Shown here: positions 1 through 64,000 of the stretch, one piece after another
Layout of the letters: each line of letters begins with the position of its first letter
Position numbering within the stretch: the stretch's first letter is position 1
Source: Octopus sinensis
Lineage: Eukaryota
Direction: 5' to 3'
DNA: 64,000 nt
Assembly (NCBI RefSeq): GCF_006345805.1
Contig: NC_043011.1
Span: 56,494,464 to 56,558,463 of the forward strand
Made by a program: the position numbers and the translations under genes
Notes under the pieces: model-generated
Database searches by the model: none
What the model was told of the DNA's origin: nothing
Seen by the model: the letters and a program-made list of their open reading frames with translations, nothing else

Positions 1-54
1 ATTATTAAGTTATAATTTCTAAGTTGTTTTGTGCTTCTGGCCTATGCAAGTTTA

Positions 55-390
55 CGCTTTTCTTTCTTTCTATCCATTTTTGCTGCCTGCAAGGATTGTT
101 GAGGTAGAGTCCTTGGTCACCTCCTTCATGGGGTCACATCAAAAACAATTGTCTTTGAAGATTCTGGCTGGATTCCCAAGTGTGACTGACTGAGATCACG
201 GATATTATCCCACCATCTCATTCTTGTGATCTAACCGTAGGTCTCCTGCCAGTTGGATTGGCTTCAAGAATCTGTCATGCGATTCTTTCCTGCGGCATTC
301 TAACCAGATGTCTGTAGTACTGGAACTGAATGCAGAGAAGTAGGAGCTTGACCTGGAGAGACTCCTTGATCCCTGAGCTACTCTCACAGT
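55..390 (-). mobile_element. RTE-clade LINE 3' fragment, decayed
   Basis: Minus-strand translation gives HLVRMPQERIARQILEANPTGRR...RWWDNIRDL, a typical RTE C-terminus. Confidence 0.6.
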
Positions 391-858
391 GAAGTAATGT
401 CTCTCCAGAGATTCTTTGGAGGAACCGTATTTCGGCCACTTGTATTCATGATTGTACTTTTTCAGCTATTACTCAACATTCTTAACAAAAGGTGAGAATT
501 GCTATAAAAAGTGGAAAAGTGTCCATAAAAACAATAATGACGAAATCTCTGAATCCATCATCTTACACCAATATGTATGAATAGATATTTATTTAGTAAA
601 TGTTCGTTATTTATGCATCAAAAGTAATGTTAATTCTAACGCAGTACCTTTTGATAGCTTAATTATTTTCCTTATGATTGTGATGTGGTTTAAACTGCTC
701 AGCAATGAGAAATCTTTCTATTCATAATCTGATTTTTGATTGCAAAGGTTTTATTTGATGTTCAAAGGATTTTGATGCTGGTGTGAATACCACAACTTGC
801 CAAATTACAAAATGAATCTCTTTTTGCATTAAAGATATCTTTTATTATCATATTTGAT

Positions 859-1610
859 GGAGATAGATGAGTGGTTGGTGAGAACTGTACAAGCCATGTA
901 CAAGGATGATGTCAGTGGGGTGACAAGTCAGCAATGAGTATAGCAACAAATTTAGTGTACAGGTAGGGGGTCACCAAGGATCAGTTCTTATTCCCCTCTT
1001 CTTTATCATAGTCCTCCAGGCCATGACAGAGGGATTTCAGACTGGTTACCCTTGGGAGCTCCTCTATGACATTGTTCTACCAGAATTAGAGAAGAAATTT
1101 CATAGTCCCTTACCAGCCGTTCCAATTTTTCTCACCATCACTTGTTACAGTCACCTCTTCCCTCATCTCCCTTCAAACTCTTATGGAACATCCTCCCTCT
1201 GTCCCCTCTGTACCACTTAACCCCCTCCCCCTCCCCACTGTTATCTGTGGCTAGGTCCTGGTGACTCTCCAACACTATCTATTTTTTTCTCTATCTCCAT
1301 CTCTCCTTTCTCTCCTCTTTTTTTCTCCTCTACAATAAGCTCTGTCCCTCGGTTACACTTTGAGCTCTCACCTGGCACAAGGCCGTCTCTCTTGGTTCCA
1401 CTCATTCTCCTAGCTCAGAAGTGTTACTTGGTGACCTTTCTGTTGTAGGGGGCCACATAAAAAGCACCCAGAAACATTTTGTAAAGTGGTTGGCATTAGG
1501 GAGGGCACCAGGCTGTAGAAATCATGCCAAAGCAGACAACGAAGCCTGGTCCAACTCATGTCAGCATGGCAAATGGATGTTAAATGGTGGTGGTGGTGGT
1601 GGGGGTGGGG
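859..1610 (+). mobile_element. Internally deleted RTE LINE: RT fragment (859-~1102) joined to a 3' UTR with the family-C tail
   Basis: DEWLVRTVQAMYKD...QGSVL.PL.FIIVLQAMTEGFQTGYPWELLY(A)D RT motifs; ends in catgtcagcatggcaaatggatgttaaat(ggt)n. Confidence 0.7.
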
Positions 1611-1639
1611 GTGGTGGTGAAGCTTCTATGTTGTTGCTT

Positions 1640-1860
1640 TGGTCTGCTGTAAATAGAAGCTAAATCTCACGAAGGTCACACTCCACCATCTTAAAAAGTA
1701 AAGGAAAGAAACATTAGATAATGTAGTCCTAGATACACAATGTCAGTAAGCGTAATAGTTGTAGGTTGAATGCCTTTGATCATTGCTCTGTCTTGATTGA
1801 GGCTGGCTTGAAACCAAAGCCATGACCACCACCACCACCACCACAACAACAACAACAACA
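1640..1860 (+). mobile_element. Family-F retroposon 3' fragment with (CAA)n tail; related copies near 2575-2810 (-), 3090-3830 (+) and 55240-55440 (-)
   Basis: Shared motifs ggataatgtagtcctagatacac and gaatgcctttgatcat recur among copies. Confidence 0.5.
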
Positions 1861-1870
1861 ATAGCTGCTG

Positions 1871-2214
1871 TTGCTGTTGAGCGAAGCGGTCTTCGTCTTA
1901 GAAGTCTGAAATGTGGTCCTTTGCTATTCGTAAGACCCGCAGAAGAGAAAGCAGGTCAACCCCCGACACCGAGAGCATCGACGGATGGATGAATGCGCAT
2001 CCAGGCTCAGCGGTTGCGTAGGAAGTCGGGGACAAGAAACGAGAAGAAAGAGTGAAAGTTGGGGCGAAAGAGTATAACAGGGGTCGCCAGCCACTACCCC
2101 CTGCCAGAGCCTCGTGGAGCTTTAGGTGTTTTCACTCAATAAACACACACAACGCCTGATCTGGGAATCGAAACCACGATCCTCCGACCTAACCATTGGG
2201 CCATTGCGCCTCCA
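1871..2214 (-). mobile_element. tRNA-derived SINE family B2 (probably one of the octopus OR1/OR2 tRNA-Arg families)
   Basis: tRNA-like head ggcgcaatggccc..gtttcgattccc; TSD tagctgctg at 1862-1870 and 2216-2224; near-identical copies elsewhere. Confidence 0.85.
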
Positions 2215-2294
2215 CTAGCTGCTGCTGCTGAAAAGATGGAAAACCTTTTCCTTTTTTTTTTAACTTAAACAATTTCATTTGCTGCTCTTTCTAG

Positions 2295-60984
<58,690 letters not shown>

Positions 60985-62759
60985 GTAAGTCAGTGTCTAA
61001 CATATGTTTCCTTTGCTGCCATGGGGTGGAAATTATGTGGAATTAAACATTAATTCTGGTTTTCACATTGGTTTTACTCTTTTCTTCTTTTACTGGTTCC
61101 AGCCACAAGACTGCCGCCATGGAGGAGGGGGCCGGATTTTAGTTGATTTTATCATCATCACTATTGATTCTTGTTTATCAAATTGCTAAGTCACTGTTTT
61201 ACAATGTGTCTTGGGCTCTTAACCCAGCCAGAACCCATCTCTTTCTCTCTCTCTCTCCAGGTTTCTTCCAGAATAATGGATTCAAATTTTTCCACAAGGG
61301 CAGCAATTTGGGGGAAGAGGATGAGTCAATTACACTAATCCCAGAGAGAAAGAGAAAAAAGAATCCACCCAGTACTGAAATGATCCTTTGTCAATGCTGG
61401 GGTTTGAACTCAGAGAGCAGTGGGTTGGAATGAATACCACAAAACATTCTTGGTGATGCTCTAACAACTCTGCCAATTTGCTACCACCAATTATGTTCCT
61501 GTTTTCTGCAGAATTGCTCTGCAAAAGTGTGAAACATTATTTATTTTCAAGGGTCTCCCTCTAAGCATTACTAAGGGGCTGAAGAAGTTCTCAAACAGTC
61601 TGAATTTGAAAACCTAATCCACCAAAATTCCATGTCAAACATCTCATCAGATTAATTCCTCATGCCTACCCGATCCCTCTCTCTCTGGTTTTTATTTTAT
61701 AAACTTCAAATTTATGATCAATGATTTCCAAATCTCTTTTATTTTCATTTCTGGATTAATTAGTTTAATCATTTTCCAGAAGACTGATTTATTCTGACTA
61801 AACATACAAATTATTAGTTTCAAATTTTGGCACCAGGCCAGCAATTTCGGGATGGGGGGGGGGGCAAGTGGATTAAATTGACCCCCACTGCTCAGCTGGT
61901 ACTTATTTTATTGATCCCGAAATGGATGAAAGGCAAAGTCAACCTCATCAGAATTTGAACTCAGAATGTAAAAACGGATGAAATGCAGCTAAGCATTCCG
62001 TCCAGCGTGCTAACGATTCTGCCAGCTTGTTGCCTCATTATCAGCTGAAGAGGAAGTATGGTTCATTTCTTTTAATCACTTCTGGATGGAGCACAGATAA
62101 AACAAGCCTCATCAGAATTTGAACTCAAGACGGAGGCAGATGAAACAAAAAACTGTGATGCAATTAATTTCACATTCCACAGTCTTAACACCATTCGCAC
62201 TAATTACTCCCTCCCCTCCAGAAAACATGCACTTGTATTTGATGGGTTGGTTTGATAGAATGGTTGACAGAATACATCACATTTTCTTCAAAGCTGTTCA
62301 AATTCCAGAGATCAGCATTGGCTTAAAAAGAGATCTAAGTTGTTTCATCTAAACCTCACCCAGTGAAAAATACATTGGACATCAACCCATCTCTTTGTGA
62401 AAACTTTAATGAGCAAAAAATGCCAAGAAACCTGTTCTGTTCTGGTCCCTTCCCATTTTTGCTCATCCTTTGTTCTTCACTCCCTCACATAAAGTTTCCC
62501 CCTTGTAATTTGTAGTCTTGCAAACTGCATCACAGCTTCACTTAGTGTTAGTGCCACATAAAAGCACCCAGTGCCACTCTGTAAAGTGGTTGGCATTAGG
62601 AGGGGAATCCAGCCATGGAAACCAAGCCAGAGCAGATACTGGAGCAGTCCTTGGCTCCATTGAATCTTGTCAAACCATCCAACCCATGCCAGCATGGAAA
62701 AAGGATGTTATATGATGATGATGATGATTTTGGTAGTGATGGTGATGACAACAACGACC

Positions 62760-62790
<31 letters not shown>

Positions 62791-63170
62791 GTTAAGGTTT
62801 TTCTGACATCAGCTCGGCATGCTAAAAGTACCAGAGAACATTGCTTTTCATGTCCAATTGTTTTTATATTAATAATGCTGCTTTCCCGGAAGTTCTTAAT
62901 GGTAGCATTACTTGGGATGTCAAAAACCATTTGAGTGTCATCCATGTTTTTTTATTGTTGACAGATTTTATCAATAATGTTTACACTCAGTGATTACATA
63001 TTTATGGAATTGTTGCTTTATATTCTTCACTGGTATAATGTAAACCAGTTCCATATTCCTGGATCTCATTTACACGCCATCTCCTGCTCCTCAAATGTAT
63101 TGTCTCCTCATTCTGGTTTTTTCAACTGCTACTATGATGGTTTCTGCTCGTCAGAGCTGGCTGGACTCAT

Positions 63171-63385
63171 ACCTATTTCTTTATTACCCACAAGGAGCTA
63201 AACACAGAGGGGACAAACAAGGACAGACATAGGTATTAAGTCGATTACATCGACCCCAGTGCGTAACTGGTACTTAATTTATCGACCCTGAAAGGATGAA
63301 AGGCAAAGTCGACCTCGGCGGAATTTGAACTCACAACATTACGCAGACGAAATACCGCTAAGCATTTCACCCGGCATGCTAACGT
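63171..63385 (-). mobile_element. SINE family A
   Basis: High similarity to the other A copies; tcatacc flanking repeat. Confidence 0.87.
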
Positions 63386-63424
63386 TTCATACCACCTCCA
63401 CTTAGGTATTGCTGAGTCTCTCAT

Positions 63425-63680
63425 CTCTTCTCATCACCCTTCTTCGGTTCACTCTCCTTTCCTCAGACTCTGCAGGAATCCTTTAACACCCAGTCTTTCT
63501 TTCCTTTCCAGAACATCGACTTTCTACAATTCCCTTCCTTGCTAATGTCTTTCCTGCAGATGTTGACTTACAAAGGTTCAAAAGAACATTAATGGCATCA
63601 ATCTCATTAATCTACAAAGGCCATTCAGGCCATGGGCCCTGCTCCTTCCTTCACATCCCTTCCAATAAAAAGAAACAAAC
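63425..63680 (+). mobile_element. CR1/L2-like LINE 3' end remnant
   Basis: FLSRTSTFYNSLP / ANVFPADVDLQRFKR; aataaa and A-rich tail. Confidence 0.45.
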
Positions 63681-64000
63681 AAAAAAAAATGACTATCATC
63701 ATCATCATCATCGTTGTCACTTAATGTCCATTTCCCATGCTGGCATCATTTGGACCATATTTGAGTAATACTATATTTGAACGCTGCTGTGGTTACTTGT
63801 ATCCATGGATACCTGTACTATTTTGGTTCCGCTATCCAAGCAGTTGACAATAAATCCATTTCTGCATAATTCCCAAACCCAACGATATAAATCTTTCTTC
63901 AATTTCTTACATGGAGCAACACTTAACCCTATTTCCTTTCTAGTATTTTCTTGACCGTTTCTTTTCATTTTCGCCAATGTTTTACTAGTTCTTTATTTTC

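Noticed and set aside
60990-64000. Next SPEF2 exon (expected ELNRFQDT-like motif)
   Set aside because: No matching exon with an AG acceptor found; it probably lies beyond the window.

Overview
AT-rich, microsatellite- and SINE-dense eukaryotic DNA. The repeat families look like those of Octopus (my recognition, not a database result). One host gene spans the window on the + strand: the middle of SPEF2 (sperm flagellar protein 2 / KPL2). I traced 17 GT-AG exons from 2295 to 60984 (about 729 codons) with consistent intron phases, covering the coiled-coil end, a split adenylate-kinase-like domain and the start of the C-terminal region. The gene begins before and ends after the window. The last visible exon has a 1-nt deletion frameshift near 60845. 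The introns hold at least five tRNA- or RTE-related SINE families, RTE and CR1 LINE fragments, decayed mariners, Tc1/hAT/piggyBac-type MITEs, a Helitron cluster around exon 6, and a Penelope-like remnant. Best candidates for something new: (1) a tRNA-headed SINE carrying a minimal, dimer-type hammerhead ribozyme (43866-44184); (2) a near-perfect 122-bp-arm intronic palindrome (57957-58226); (3) a Helitron arrangement that could transduce a host exon; (4) apparent microsatellite targeting by two retroelement families. Most short ORFs in the supplied track are microsatellite or SINE translations, not genes. No CRISPR, rRNA or true tRNA genes were found. Family labels A, B1, B2, C, D, F and H are my working names; repeat boundaries without a TSD or TIR are approximate.
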